Shown piece by piece: positions 45,301 to 64,000 of a stretch of DNA of 64,000 nt. The position numbers and the translations under genes are program-made. The DNA is from Zygnema circumcarinatum SAG 698-1b (Eukaryota > Plantae > Zygnematophyceae), in NCBI GenBank assembly GCA_037447605.1, contig CM074810.1, positions 1,150,880-1,214,879 of the forward strand, read 5' to 3'. Position 1 is the first letter of the stretch. Each line of letters opens with the position of its first letter. The notes beneath the pieces are model-generated. The model had not been told where the DNA came from. It ran no database searches and saw nothing but the letters and a program-made list of their open reading frames with translations.

Positions 45301-46794
45301 ATTAGAAATGAAATGAAAAATGGTCCCACTCCCTTAGGAGTTTTAGGCTGAACAAGACAGCTATAGAAGTGATGCAAACTACTCAAAGAGACCCTCGAAG
45401 AGCGGTCAAACTATCAAACTGTTTGCAGTGAAGAATGCCTTCCAATGAAAAGTCTGTCAACCTCTTTCGAAACTCGTCTTTCTCCCATCCAATTACTGAA
45501 AAATCAGACTCGACGGTAGCAGTGTTGGGAAATGATGAAGCAAGGTTTCCACAAAATTCTCGTCCGTACGTGCACGGTTTCGTCCGTACAGTCCATATTT
45601 ACGTGTTTTTACAAAACCAAGTTAGGGGACAGTCCCCTATCTTAAGCCGAAATCCCCTATTTGAAGGGGCCCAATCACTGATTGGGGATGGCACAAAGTC
45701 CGTACAAGGGACATTTAGAGCTTTAGATTTCAGTTTTAGAACGTTGTAATATCCAAAAGTTTCAGAGTTTTAGAACACTTCTTCAACGGTCTTACGACCG
45801 TTGAATTTGAACAGCATGTACGGCCGTACGGTTGCTGAATCCATTTTAGGTTACAGTAGCTTTGGGCGTTGCGAATGGCGCTGTCTGTAAATGAAGTGGC
45901 ATTGATCTCATGATGGCGATGAGGCCATCAAATGTACATGGAAAACATCAGCATGGGGAACCACGAGGAACAACTGGTCGCAAAGGACCTAAGCACAAAA
46001 GAACAAACTAAGCGCAAAAAACTACGCCTCGGCGCAACAACTCAGCTCTCCCTCGAAGCAGCCGCGATCACCAATCGATCACCGATCACATCGATCAAGG
46101 AAGGGCGACGGAAATGCGCTGTCGATAAAAAGTAGCCAAGATCGGCGGAGGAGGAGAGGAGGGCTTCCTTTCTTCCGGGGCTGTGCGCGCATCTCCAAGG
46201 AGCGATGGGCGCACGCACTAGCGAAGGAAGGCATCTAAACGGGCGTCGAGGCAACCACACATCTCAACAGCCATAGGAACAAACTTGTGGGCTGTGTCGC
46301 GTCACGGTGGGCATATGCTCGCTCCTTGTGAAGGGCCGCATCGCCCTCATGAGGGCTACACGCGACAATAAACCGTGACGGGTCGGATCGACCAACAACA
46401 CAACATCCCCAAAAATGCGCCAAGCATCGGCCATGAAGGAGGGATAAATCAGGGCGATCTCCGCGGAGACATTGCGTTCTAATACGCCAGACTTATGGTG
46501 TGCCCCGCCAAATTGTTTGTTGTTGTTGTTGGGCCTAGAAGCAAGTTCCACTCATACCTTTTCTTTCGTTCCTAGGTCATTTAGTGACCAATTTCTAAAT
46601 GACCAATTTCTCGTGGATGTTTTTTTTTTTTCATCAGAATTAATGACGTGTCGTTGCATGCCTATTGTATACATGGCAAAAGTAGAGTCCCAACATCAAC
46701 AGGTCCCCCTAATATAACCGAAACGTACCGATTTGAAGCTGAAACGCCCCTCTCCATAGACCATACGTCATAGTCCCTAGGCCGATAGCCCCAT

Positions 46795-46905
46795 ACCTGC
46801 ATGGTCCTCCATGGCTGCATGTCCCCCACGGCTGCATGTCCCCAATTCCTGCATAATCCTCAATGGCTGCATGTCCCCCGTGGATGCATGGTCCTCCATG
46901 GCTGC
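46795..46905. repeat. GCATG-rich minisatellite (GCATGGTCCTCCATGGCTGC / GGCTGCATGTCCCC units)
   Basis: GCATGGTCCTCCATGGCTGC occurs twice and GGCTGCATGTCCCC three times within about 110 bp. Confidence 0.8.
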
Positions 46906-47929
46906 GGGAGGGCGAGCCAGGCCAGGCGAGTGGTCCTTCCGCCTCGCGCGCTTGGGAGCCACGTGGCCGCCAGACCAGCATCTTGTCGGCGGCCGCCCGG
47001 CCTGCGGCATGCCGCGCGCCGCGTGCCGTCCCGCGCGGCGACCACCGAATCTCGCCGCGCGCCGCGGGGACGGGCGAGAGAGGTACTCGTTCTCATGATC
47101 TGGGTAGCAACTTGAATCGGAAATCGTACTTGGGATATGTGAAATTTCGGTATAAAGGGGTACGGATTCTGATTTTACATATCATGTATGGAATAAGAAT
47201 GGATACCCCTGTCATAGGGCACATCAACCTTGAAACAAACGGGGGTTCTGCCTAGGGAGTTATATCGAAGTTAGTACGTTATGATGAATCATAAAACGGA
47301 AATCACGTACTATTTCTGATTGCATCCTTTTTCGCTCTTTTGCCCATGTCCCTTGTCAAGCCCTATTTTTTGTCAGCACTGCCCGAGTTCTGCCCCTCCC
47401 CCGACTCTCCGCGAATCACCCGCCGCTCGTACACTTGTGAGACATTTCCTTCTGCCCGCGGGATCTCCCCGAACGGTTTGTTTGGCCACGTTGGCGGCAG
47501 TTTTTTGATCACTTCAAATTACCCTGTTGCTCTATCTTTCAGGCCACGGCTCCTCTCCTGCTCCAGCCAGAGGCAGCCATGGCGGCGGAGCTCCGCAGTC
47601 GGGGAGGATCAGGGATGGCGTGATTGCACTGCGGAGGAGCGTCCATTTCGTCGGCTCAAGAGCAGGGTGGGCGTCTGTGACATGTGAGCGGCTGCTTAGC
47701 ACTAAACTCTGCTCGGCTGTGTTGCTCTGTCGGGCTCGTTCTGCTTTTAGTTTGGCAGGGAGAGGACTCTCTTGGCATGTCTGAGATGCAAGGAATGCAA
47801 GCTAGTTACCCAAACGATTGCTGGCCTGCTGAAGTGTGTAAAGTTGTAAGCAAGTATGGTATTCATGCACTTCTCCAACGGGCGCATTATGGAAATTATG
47901 CAAGCAATTTTCAGCTGTCCTGACGAGAT

Positions 47930-49990
47930 TTGGTTGGTCTGGAGGGCTTCAGGGCCACTCCGAACAGGCGTACGTCAAAGACATCAGTGGCTCCGGAGCG
48001 TCAGGAGAGGACGTTCCCTTCGTTATTTCGCAGTCCGAGTGCACCGTTCAGTTCGCTGAGTAGAAGCAACAGCAGGAATTCCAATTCCGGTTCTGAAAAT
48101 GTGCAAACAGCTCGGGGAACTAACGCTATGACTGCGGAGGTGGAGGAGCTGAAGCAGGCGTTGCAAGCACAGACAGAGAAAGTAGTAAGGTTGAGTGAGG
48201 CACAAGAGCAGCTGGCGGCTCGGTTGGAGGCACTGACGCATGAGAGAAATGAGCTCGCCAGTGGGAGAGAGGCAATGGGTCAACAGCTGGCCCTTCGCGA
48301 AAAACTTCTCGATAGCATGAGTAACGAGCTGCAAGAGAAAGAAAAGATTCAGCGACAGATGGCGGATGAGGCGGCAGCCATACTGGCACAGAAAGATGCT
48401 CTTAAGAGCGCCTACGACGCAGCAAGACGGCAGCTTGATGAATTGTACGAGCGGGACGTGGAGAGCCAGGTGGCTACACTCCGCAGGGAAAAGACGAACT
48501 TGGAAAGCTTCCAGAAACAGCTGGAAGACCGCGTGGAGGAACTCAACCATCAGCTTGGGGAGGCAAGGAAGGTGCAGGTGCGGTGCACAAGCCCCCGAAC
48601 TGTGGTGCAGGTGACGTACTAGCATGATAAACATTATACTATCGTAGTTCTCAGAAATGGAACATTAGCTGCAAACTTCAAACGTTGTGGGCCTATTCAT
48701 AGCAGTGTTTGATGTTGTTTTTTCTGATACCATGATGACTCCCTTTCCGGGAGGAGAACTTGTGGTATGGAACAGGCGGAACAGTTGTCTGAGTTGGAGA
48801 CGGAGCGGGCGACTTTGGATAAGTGGAAGGCAAAAATTGCGGCAGCATTAAAACAGAAGCTGGAAGAGGCGCAGAGGAGCTGCGAGCGGCTTGATGCAGC
48901 CAAGGCGAGGGCAGAGGATGAGGTGGCACAGCTATCGGCAGTCAACAAAAAAACGCAACAAAAGTACGAAGCCATAGAGGCTGAGCTCAAGAGTGCTCAG
49001 AAACAGCTTGCAAGTCTAGCACGGGAGGCAAAACTGGCAGAAGAAAAAGTGAGAGAGGAGGCACAGGAGGAACTGCAGAAACTACGTGGAGAAGTAAGGA
49101 CTCTGCTGACTGACGGGAAGAAGGCAGAGAAGGAGGTAGGCATTGCACGTGCAGCACTGGAGGCTGCAGTAGTTCAGCGGGAGAAAGTGCAAGCAGAAGC
49201 AACCGCTTATTTGGAGAGAGTAAAAGAGGATGTACTTGGACTCAAACAGGAAGCTGACAAAGCAGCTGCTGCTGCAGCAGCTGCTGCTAAAGCCAATGAG
49301 AGAGCTGCGGAGGAGAGAATAAAAGGTCTGGAGAGGAAGCTAGTGGCAGCATTATCTGAAACGGAGAGCAGCAGGGTCCAATTTGAAACCCAGCTTGCAG
49401 AAATGCAAGAGCAGGTTGAAATGCTAACTGATAGATTAGCTGCTGCAAGGAAAGAGAATGTTGATTTGGTGGAGATGGGAGAGCGACAACAACAGCAGAT
49501 AACAACACTATTGAAGGAGGTGACCAAGAGCGCGGAAGCGAGAGACAGGCTAAAAGAGTGTTTGGGACAAGAGGAGCAACGGCTCAAAGAGGCCTTGGCA
49601 TCTGTGGAGAAAGAGAAGGCTTTGAGTGAAAGCAGGGCTGCCAAGTCGATTGCGGCTTTAGAGGAGGAGCTGAAAGCAGCAACACTTGAGAAGGAGAAAA
49701 TTTCAGCAGAGTATCAGAAGCAGACGGAGCAAATAAAGACAGACTTGGATAAGGCAGCGACATTCAAGTGGGCGAACCAACCCGAGGGAGAGTCTCCGTC
49801 AGTAAAATCGGATGACGGGTTGAAGTCGAGTGAGCTCAGGCAGCGACTGGCAACGCAGACTACTGAGTTGGATAAGGTGAAGAAGGAGAGAGATGCCATC
49901 CAGCTGAAGCTGAAGGACATGCAGCACCAGTCAGGGATGGTGCAGTCGATTTTTCCATGGTGTTCATGTATTCGAAGGGAGGAGGAGTAG
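47930..49990 (+). CDS. Long coiled-coil protein of unknown family; two large exons (about 47930-48570, about 48776-49990); true 5' exon(s) probably at 47340-47660
   Basis: 230- and 407-codon ORFs with strong heptad E/K/Q/A composition, joined in phase by AAG|gtgcag...gaacag|GCG; ends with IFPWCSCIRREEE. Confidence 0.75.
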
Positions 49991-51445
49991 GAGCCTATGG
50001 GGGGGGGCTGCTGTGTGCACTTTCACCTATGCTGTGTACAGGATTGATGCTGGTAGAGAACGGGAGCTATTTATATTGCGTGCTATGGCAAATTGATGGG
50101 CAAAAGACAGATAGATGAAGTAAATTCTGAAGAACTATGTGGAATAGTAATAATCTGAAATAAAGTGCTGTATCATTAGAAATGTGTGCCTGAGTGAAGT
50201 GTCTTCTCTGTTTTCTATCCTGCTCCTTTGAAGAATGTAAGTGCAAAGTGTCTCGCTCTTGGTGATGTCCTCGTTTATATTCCAGTTTGTGACTTGCTCG
50301 CCAATGACGCAAAACAAAAATACGACTCATTATGTTCCACTGCACGACCGCCATTAAGGGTTGAAGGACGGCAGGTTGTTTGCTAAACCCCCCCTTGGCA
50401 TGTCCTAACCCCCCTTGTCATTTCCTCCTTTATGAGCTCAACATGTGAGTCGTAAATTTTGATAGGAACTAGGATCAACTATTTCACCATGACCTGTTGG
50501 TTTCAATTGACGCAAAACACGACTTGTTGTCATCTCCTGTTGGCCTCTAAACAAACGAGAGCGACATCTTGAAAGCGACTCATCAGAGCAGTTGGACTCA
50601 TCAGAGCAGTTGGGCCTTCCCACAGTGACAGGGACACATTCTTAAAACATTGCGGTCCTGCTGCTTAACAAGCAAAACATCGCACCATTTCGGACCTCAA
50701 ACCGCTTATTGATGAAAAAAACTCAAACTTTTATAAGGAAAAACTTCAAAGTGCCTATATTTTTATTCTCATAACTATCAAAGGAAAAGTTTCTGCATAA
50801 AGAGCTTTTAATCCGTCGTTATGCTGCAATTATCTTCCTAGGCAGCGACAGCACTATCTCTCCAGCCACCACATTATCTAAAAAGGGCCTTGAAGTTTCT
50901 CAATGGCCCTTTTGAGGCTGGAGCTTATTCCGCTAGCAGACGCTTGCTTGCCGGAAACCCTAAAGGCCTCTTATGCTCTTTCGCCGCTTCCTTCTCAAAC
51001 AGCTCCGCAAGTTTTGGCGGTGCGAAGCCTGGCTGCTCATTGCTTGACGTTCCAGGCGCTTCAAAACACGCACATTTATAGAGTATATTTATAGAGTACA
51101 TTCGAGTATTGTAACAATACCGCAGCTTTTGACAGGTGAAGACTAATTTGAACAAATTTAAATGCGTAACAATGAATGCTCCTCAATTTCGAGAAAGTAT
51201 AATGGCCGTTAATCTCTTCATGGCTTTCGAGCATGATGGCCACGCGGCCATCGGCAGGCGCTGAATGCATCTTTTGAGCAACTGGCGGTCGCACGTTTAT
51301 TGTCTGCTAAGAAATAAGGGAAGAAAGAAAGTGTGTGAGACGCGCGCAGAGCAGAGAAGAGAGACAACAAAGCAGGTGGCTGCTTGCAGCTGAAACGCCA
51401 CCAGGATTGAAAAGCTCTCAGATTTGGACGACATATCTCACTTAC

Positions 51446-51637
51446 TCACTTCTCCATGACTTTTCGGCGCGGCGCACACATGACTTCATGCACCGCGTTC
51501 GCCGGCACCATGATCATTGGCTTGCAGTCGTCGCACGCTCCACTGCCTATCAGCGTTCCAAACAGCGAAATGATCGTCGTCATCAGAAAGAATCCTCCGC
51601 ACACCAGCTGGTACGTCATATTGGCATCGCAAACCAT
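51446..51637 (-). CDS. Candidate small single-pass membrane or secreted peptide, about 63 aa
   Basis: ATG in a strong GCAGCAGCCATGG context after a CT-rich leader; hydrophobic stretch LVCGGFFLMTTIISLFGTLIG followed by CDDCKP; GTGAGT/GTAAGT donors at the 3' end. Confidence 0.4.
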   Translation of the reverse strand: MVCDANMTYQLVCGGFFLMTTIISLFGTLIGSGACDDCKPMIMVPANAVHEVMCAPRRKVMEK

Positions 51638-52638
51638 GGCTGCTGCTGCTGCGGCCCGGGCTCCCACTCTCTCAGCCGCAGACAAAGAATGAAACAGACA
51701 GTCCGTGTATGAGAGAGTGCGCGTGTATGAGAGAGAGCGAGAGTGAGAGCGGAGCAAGCGCACTGTCAGTTACAATCAAGAGTTAATGCCGACTGTGTAG
51801 GAGGCGCAGGCGTGACCTAAAATATAGTTGCAGAGTCACCCCCACTTCCGCTTCCCCCATAACAGTACTGTACTATTTTACGTATGGGCGGGCGGAGTGC
51901 CGGCGGTTAGCGCCCCGGCCGTTGGCCCCTGCCGGCCCCGTTCGTACAGTCCGCCGCCCCGCCGGCCGGCAGTCAGCGGCGCGGCCGGTAGTCGGTACCC
52001 GCCGACAGGCGACCGCCGCCGAACGACCCAACCGTCCGCCGCCAAACCGAGGGCGAGATCTCCTCAAGGGCCAATAAGAGATTGACATGTGGACAAAAGA
52101 CACGTGGCTGACTTTGGTTGGCTGATATCGGGCGTAATGTTCGGTGGGACGCGGGTCCGTAGGATTCCTTCTGGTCGCGGAACGTGCAGGGCGGGGGAAA
52201 GCCGCTTGGGGTCATAAAAGGGCGGGCCCCGAAGGGGATTCATGAGACCAGTTCCGTCCGCCGTAAAATTTGGAAAACGCGACGCATTCCACGATGGCTG
52301 TGAAACTGGCACTGAGACTGAATGGTTCGGTGTCGCTGTTGTCCTACGTGGCTATTGTTTTGATTTTTTCGTCCGTCACGTCAGCCCTAGTTCTTAAGCC
52401 CCTCTCCTATAACGACTCGCCACGTCGCGCGTACAAACCTGTGTTCAGTTTGCAACCTCTCCGTACGAATGTGCGTCGAGGTGACATCATCAAGGCACGA
52501 AACCTGCGCTGATTGGATAGCAAGGAATACAAAAGCTGTCGTTTAGCGAGACTTAGAAACTGCTGACGTATGCCCCATTGCGCGAAGTAGAGGGAAGCAA
52601 AAAGGGGAGGGAAGAGAGGGGGTGGAGGAGGCGCAGCC

Positions 52639-59772
<7,134 letters not shown>

Positions 59773-60603
59773 AAATTGTCCTTCGCTCTCTCTCCTTTGA
59801 ACATGATTTCATACAGAGGAAATCTCGTGTGCGGGTCTGGGTACGACCTTCATAAGTCTGTGAAGGGGGATGTGTTGTGTACCCTTCTGGTGTCTGCCTT
59901 GTGCTGAATGAGTTCGTCTCCAGTAGGCGATGGTAGACATAGCACATGTGGCAGCATGTATTCAAGTGACACGATAGACATAGACATGCAGTCGTGTGGA
60001 TGTATGCACAATCTATAGTTGCTATGTGATATATCACGACAGAAAAAAACACACACACGACTTATCTCAATAAACCAGACCCTTTTTTTTTTTTGTTTTG
60101 GAAAAGGCTCTGCAGCTTTTTTTCAATGAAACATTTTTGATATTCGATCATGCTTTTTTTTTATGTGTGAGACAGCATGTACTGATTTTGATAGACATGT
60201 GCCTGCTTGGCTTTTCTGAAATTGAGACTTGGTAAGATAAATATCATGTGACGACAAGAACTGTCTAGATCGTTTCCCAATTCTGACGTTGAATTTACAT
60301 TCAGTTTAAATCGTACAAGTGACCAAGTCCTTGTTTTTTAAAGAAGGAATTATCTTCTAACCTATCGTCGATTCCCTCGAGAAGAAACCAATAGTTTCCG
60401 CCAGCAGGACTGACATGACCTCCTCCTTCCAGTACTATCACTTGAGGCTGACATGCCACCTTCTCCCAAAGCAAGTCTTATTTTGCACATACAATGCCAG
60501 GCGCCCGCCACTTTCTAAGCCCTAATTTAACAGCTTTGCATTCCCTAACTTACGCACCTAATTCTGAGCCATCACTTCTGCCTTTCCCCCCCTCTCTTCT
60601 CTC

Positions 60604-63600
60604 TCAAGATAAGGGCTCTCCAGCACACTCGTCACTCTCAGACTTCCCAACCATTTCTTCCTCAGCTTCTCCATCTTCTTCGAGCTCCAATTTTGGGCCC
60701 ATCATCATTCCCTCCCCGTCATTCCTCCCCTCAGCCTCACCCTCATGCACACCCTCCTCTCTATCACCCACTGTCCCTACCTCCCTGTCACTCACTCCAC
60801 CTCTCTCTGCCTCTCCCTCACCTACTGCCATCCTCTCGCCAGCTCCCTCTCCCACTTCCTCTCCCACCGCCATCCGCTCAATATCTCCCTCTCCCGCTGG
60901 TTTCTTAACATCGCCCTCTTTCTCTCCCTCACCCTCTCCCTCTCCCTCACCCTCTCCCTCTCCCTCACCCTCTCCATCTCCATCTCCATCGCCATCTCCA
61001 TCTCCCTCTCCCTCACCCTCACCCATTGCAACCTCTGGCTGGTCACCCTCTCCAATCTCTCCCTCCTCAGTGTCCTCCAGTGCCGCCTGCCTGTCGGCCG
61101 CTGTGGTGGGAGTGTTTGCCGTAGGCACCTCATTCCTTTCATCACTAAGCACACCATTCGCCTCCTCTGCTCTGTCCCCGGCCTCACTCCCATCCTGCTC
61201 GTCTCCATCATCATAGTCATCATCCTTCATGAACAACCCTAACTTTTCCAAAAGCTTCCCTCCAGGGAACGCAGAGGCATTGTCGTGCAAATTGTTGGAA
61301 GATGAGGTGTGATGACTTGGGCTGACAGAGGGCTGGAAATCCGGAATAGAACCCATGCCATGTAGGTCCTTCAATATCTCCGTGTTCTCATTCAAATTGA
61401 CTGTTCGTTCCATCTGCCACCATTAAACACTAGGATGAATAAGCAGTCATATGACAGTGCTGACAGCGCCATGCTTGCCGCTATGCAACATTCACTCCCC
61501 GATCCCCTGGAATAGCGGCACCTTTGCACCTTCCGCTCATAGGCAGAGGCCACCAGCTCCTTACCTCATGCAAGGCTCGCCGTGCAGCTTCTCGCTCTTC
61601 CTCCCTCTTGCGCCTGAGTTCCGCCTGGGCCAGTTCCTCCTGCCGCCTTCGAGCCTCCTGTGCAGCTTGCGCTTCCTTTGCAAGCCTTGCTCGCTCTGTA
61701 CAGAGGTGAACAACGACACATGTCAAAAACTGAAATTCACAGTTCATCCAACCTTGAGATCTCCGCACCAGTACACCACACAACGATTAGCAGCGGAAGA
61801 AAATCAAATAGGTTGAAACTCTTGCTATACGACAACAACTTTCGGTGAAGAATGCCAAGGTGAAAAAAGGCACCTTCTCTCTGTCTTCTCTCCATTTCTT
61901 CAATCCTTTTTGGGTCGATTCTTTCACTCTGCAAGAACCGAGAGACGGCTCGTGAGAACTTCCGAAGCTTGTAACAACCATTAGAAGGTGAAAAACCTTG
62001 ATAGAAACCTGTTGCATCTATTGAGCAAAAAAGGGAGCCGCCCTCAACAGCACTCCAGCCACAATACCCAGTTGCTAACCGGACAAATCCAAGATAAATG
62101 CATACAGGTAGGCATCCAAAGGCAAACAATCCGAAACCCACCTTCGATGGGGCTAAAGTTGCCTTTTTCTGGGCATTCAAAATGGAATCCGCATATCTCC
62201 CACGAAGAAGTGCAGCTCGCGTTGCAGCTTCATTAGTGAGCACAGGAATCGGTACAGAAGGTGAAACTTCTGCAGCCGGAGGTCCACTTCCTTCTGGCAG
62301 ACACACCAAAAGCACTATGATAAGAAGTAGAGACCAGCAGCTGTTTTCAACTAATTCACATGCCCGAAAACCATAGGTAGGTTTTGACTCTGACGTACAC
62401 AAACAAGAAAAACATCATTGCATGAAAGAAAATCACATCCAGAGGTACAGCAAATTGGACAAAATCCGAATCCAGCACGAGCCTTAGTTATAATTGGCGT
62501 CTCTTTCCAAAAGGGCAATGGTGCAAAATACGACCTCTGTTTCGACAAAGCTTCCATCCACAAGCAGAAAACCATAGCCAATTCCCCAGAGACAACAATT
62601 CTTTTCCATACCTGCAACGGGCGTTCCAACAGTGTTCTTGGCAGCATCATCCCTTTCATCTTCAACCGATTTGTTAACCCCCTCCCCCTCCGCAGGAAGC
62701 GCCTGCGATGCCGACCTGGGTGTTACTGGATGTACTGTTACTCCTGCACCCGCTTCCTCGTCCTTCACGGTTCCTGCACACAACAACGTCAACAGATAGC
62801 TAAAGTCCAGGTCCCTATGTATCGATATACCTAGTACACCTGCTGAGAGAGGCCTACCTACATGCCTCTCCATAAGTTTGTCCGAGTAAACTCCACTGCT
62901 TTTAGGCCATATCTACAGGCTTCGAGATTTGTCAAAGACAAACCCCAATCCAGGGCTCGACATACTTCAAGTCAAGTACTTGTGTGTGCCCACTCAGGGT
63001 AAGGCCCCCCTATCACCACGCGTAATAACTTTACCAGCCCAGAGCCACGCATCGGTAGCGTGACGTGCGTTAAAAAAAGTGCGTTGTCGTGTCAACCACA
63101 AACAATGTCTCAGCATGCAAGTCACTCTTAGAGCACGCACTTTTTGCACCGTCAGTCTTGGCGGCCGGACTGCCCTTCGGCTCGTTTGCGGCCCCAGAAC
63201 CAGCAGCTTCCTGCAGCAGCAGCCGCGGTCGAAGCATCGAGAAGGTTTAGCTCTCATCTTCTGAGAACTAGACGCTGAGATGCTCACCTCCGTCGATGTT
63301 CTATCACATGACCTAAATGGCTATTTAGCTGGCAGACACGTAAGGAAAGCTATTCCAAACCAAGTACCTTCCGAAAACTCCTCAATCACAGCAGAGATAT
63401 GCCAAGCACAGTCGGAAACCCAGGAAAGGCCCTTGAATCTTTCGCAAGAACTGCACGACAGTTCAGCTGTAATCAAGCAAAAGACGACGGACTAAGGCAA
63501 GAAGGGTGAGTCACCATACCTTATCATGAGAAGCCCTTGAACCTCCTTTAGACTGAGCTTCGTCAGCCTCTGACTCACTCCCAGAGGATCCACTCCCGGA

Positions 63601-64000
63601 TTCACTGTCTGCAATCACATGGAACATGAAAGACGCCCACTCAGGGAGCCAGACACTCAACAAGAATAACAGTCTCAGCTAATGACGATAATAGTGACGA
63701 CACATACATAAAAGTACGAAAGAGCTCACTGATGGCAAACTGTAAAAATAGGAGTCGAATACAGATGCCCCGAAGGATACAAAAGGACAGGCTACGACAG
63801 ACAAGCTTTCTGGTGCAGAAAGTCATATAAAAATAGAAAAAAATGAAGTTAAGGATAGCAAATGAGCAGCAAAAATAACGCTTTTGCATCGACTTGACCT
63901 GATCAGGAAACATCCACTTACCACTTGAAGACGAGCCACTATCATCACTACTTGAACTGCCGGAGCTGCTAGATTTAGCCCCACCGTCCTTTGTATCTTT
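60604..64000 (-). CDS. GTE/BET-family transcription regulator (GTE8-12-like C-terminal half); 5' part lies beyond the window
   Basis: Ser-rich [17 protein letters not shown] segment, [32 protein letters not shown]|[22 protein letters not shown] and EDTEEGEI motifs typical of plant GTE8/9/10/11 tails. Bromodomain not visible in the window. Confidence 0.82.

Noticed and set aside
45783-45805. TCAACGGTC-TTAC-GACCGTTGA palindrome as an MSA pair (also single AACGG hits at about 8690, 23000 and 42235)
   Set aside because: Isolated sites far from a defined TSS; single AACGG cores are common by chance.
46042-46551. Two minus-strand ORFs separated by a single in-frame TGA (GC-stop) as a selenoprotein or readthrough gene
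   Set aside because: No recognisable selenoprotein fold, no ATG start, no SECIS evident, and composition is not convincingly coding.

Overview
Eukaryotic nuclear DNA: a gene-dense, intron-containing streptophyte (plant-lineage) region, with 14 protein-coding genes of recognisable or likely structure plus one U2 snRNA gene. A GRAS factor together with an algal-like gene repertoire and intron pattern suggests a zygnematophycean alga or early-diverging land plant (inference only). Genes in order: DUF538 protein (-), GRAS TF (+), PH-domain SWAP70-like (+), U2 snRNA (-), Lys/Glu-rich protein (-), VTI1 SNARE (+), mitochondrial basic amino-acid carrier BAC1 (-), RAF1-family protein (+), GH5 endoglucanase (+), phosphoglycerate-mutase-like (+), metallothionein (-), long coiled-coil protein (+), candidate small membrane peptide (-), NOC1/CEBPZ (+), partial GTE/BET protein (-). 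Most notable: (1) a secreted, intron-containing cellulase resembling bacterial GH5_1 (Acidothermus E1 type), a horizontal-transfer candidate, preceded by a hairpin satellite and G-boxes; (2) a linker-less, 23-Cys modular metallothionein with a dense GTAC cluster upstream; (3) a RAF1 homologue ending before the beta-domain; (4) a GRAS gene with a cluster of MSA-like (AACGG) elements; (5) recurrent CGATA/TATCG patches at four gene 5' ends. All splice models were read by eye and all family assignments are from remembered motifs; no database search was run.
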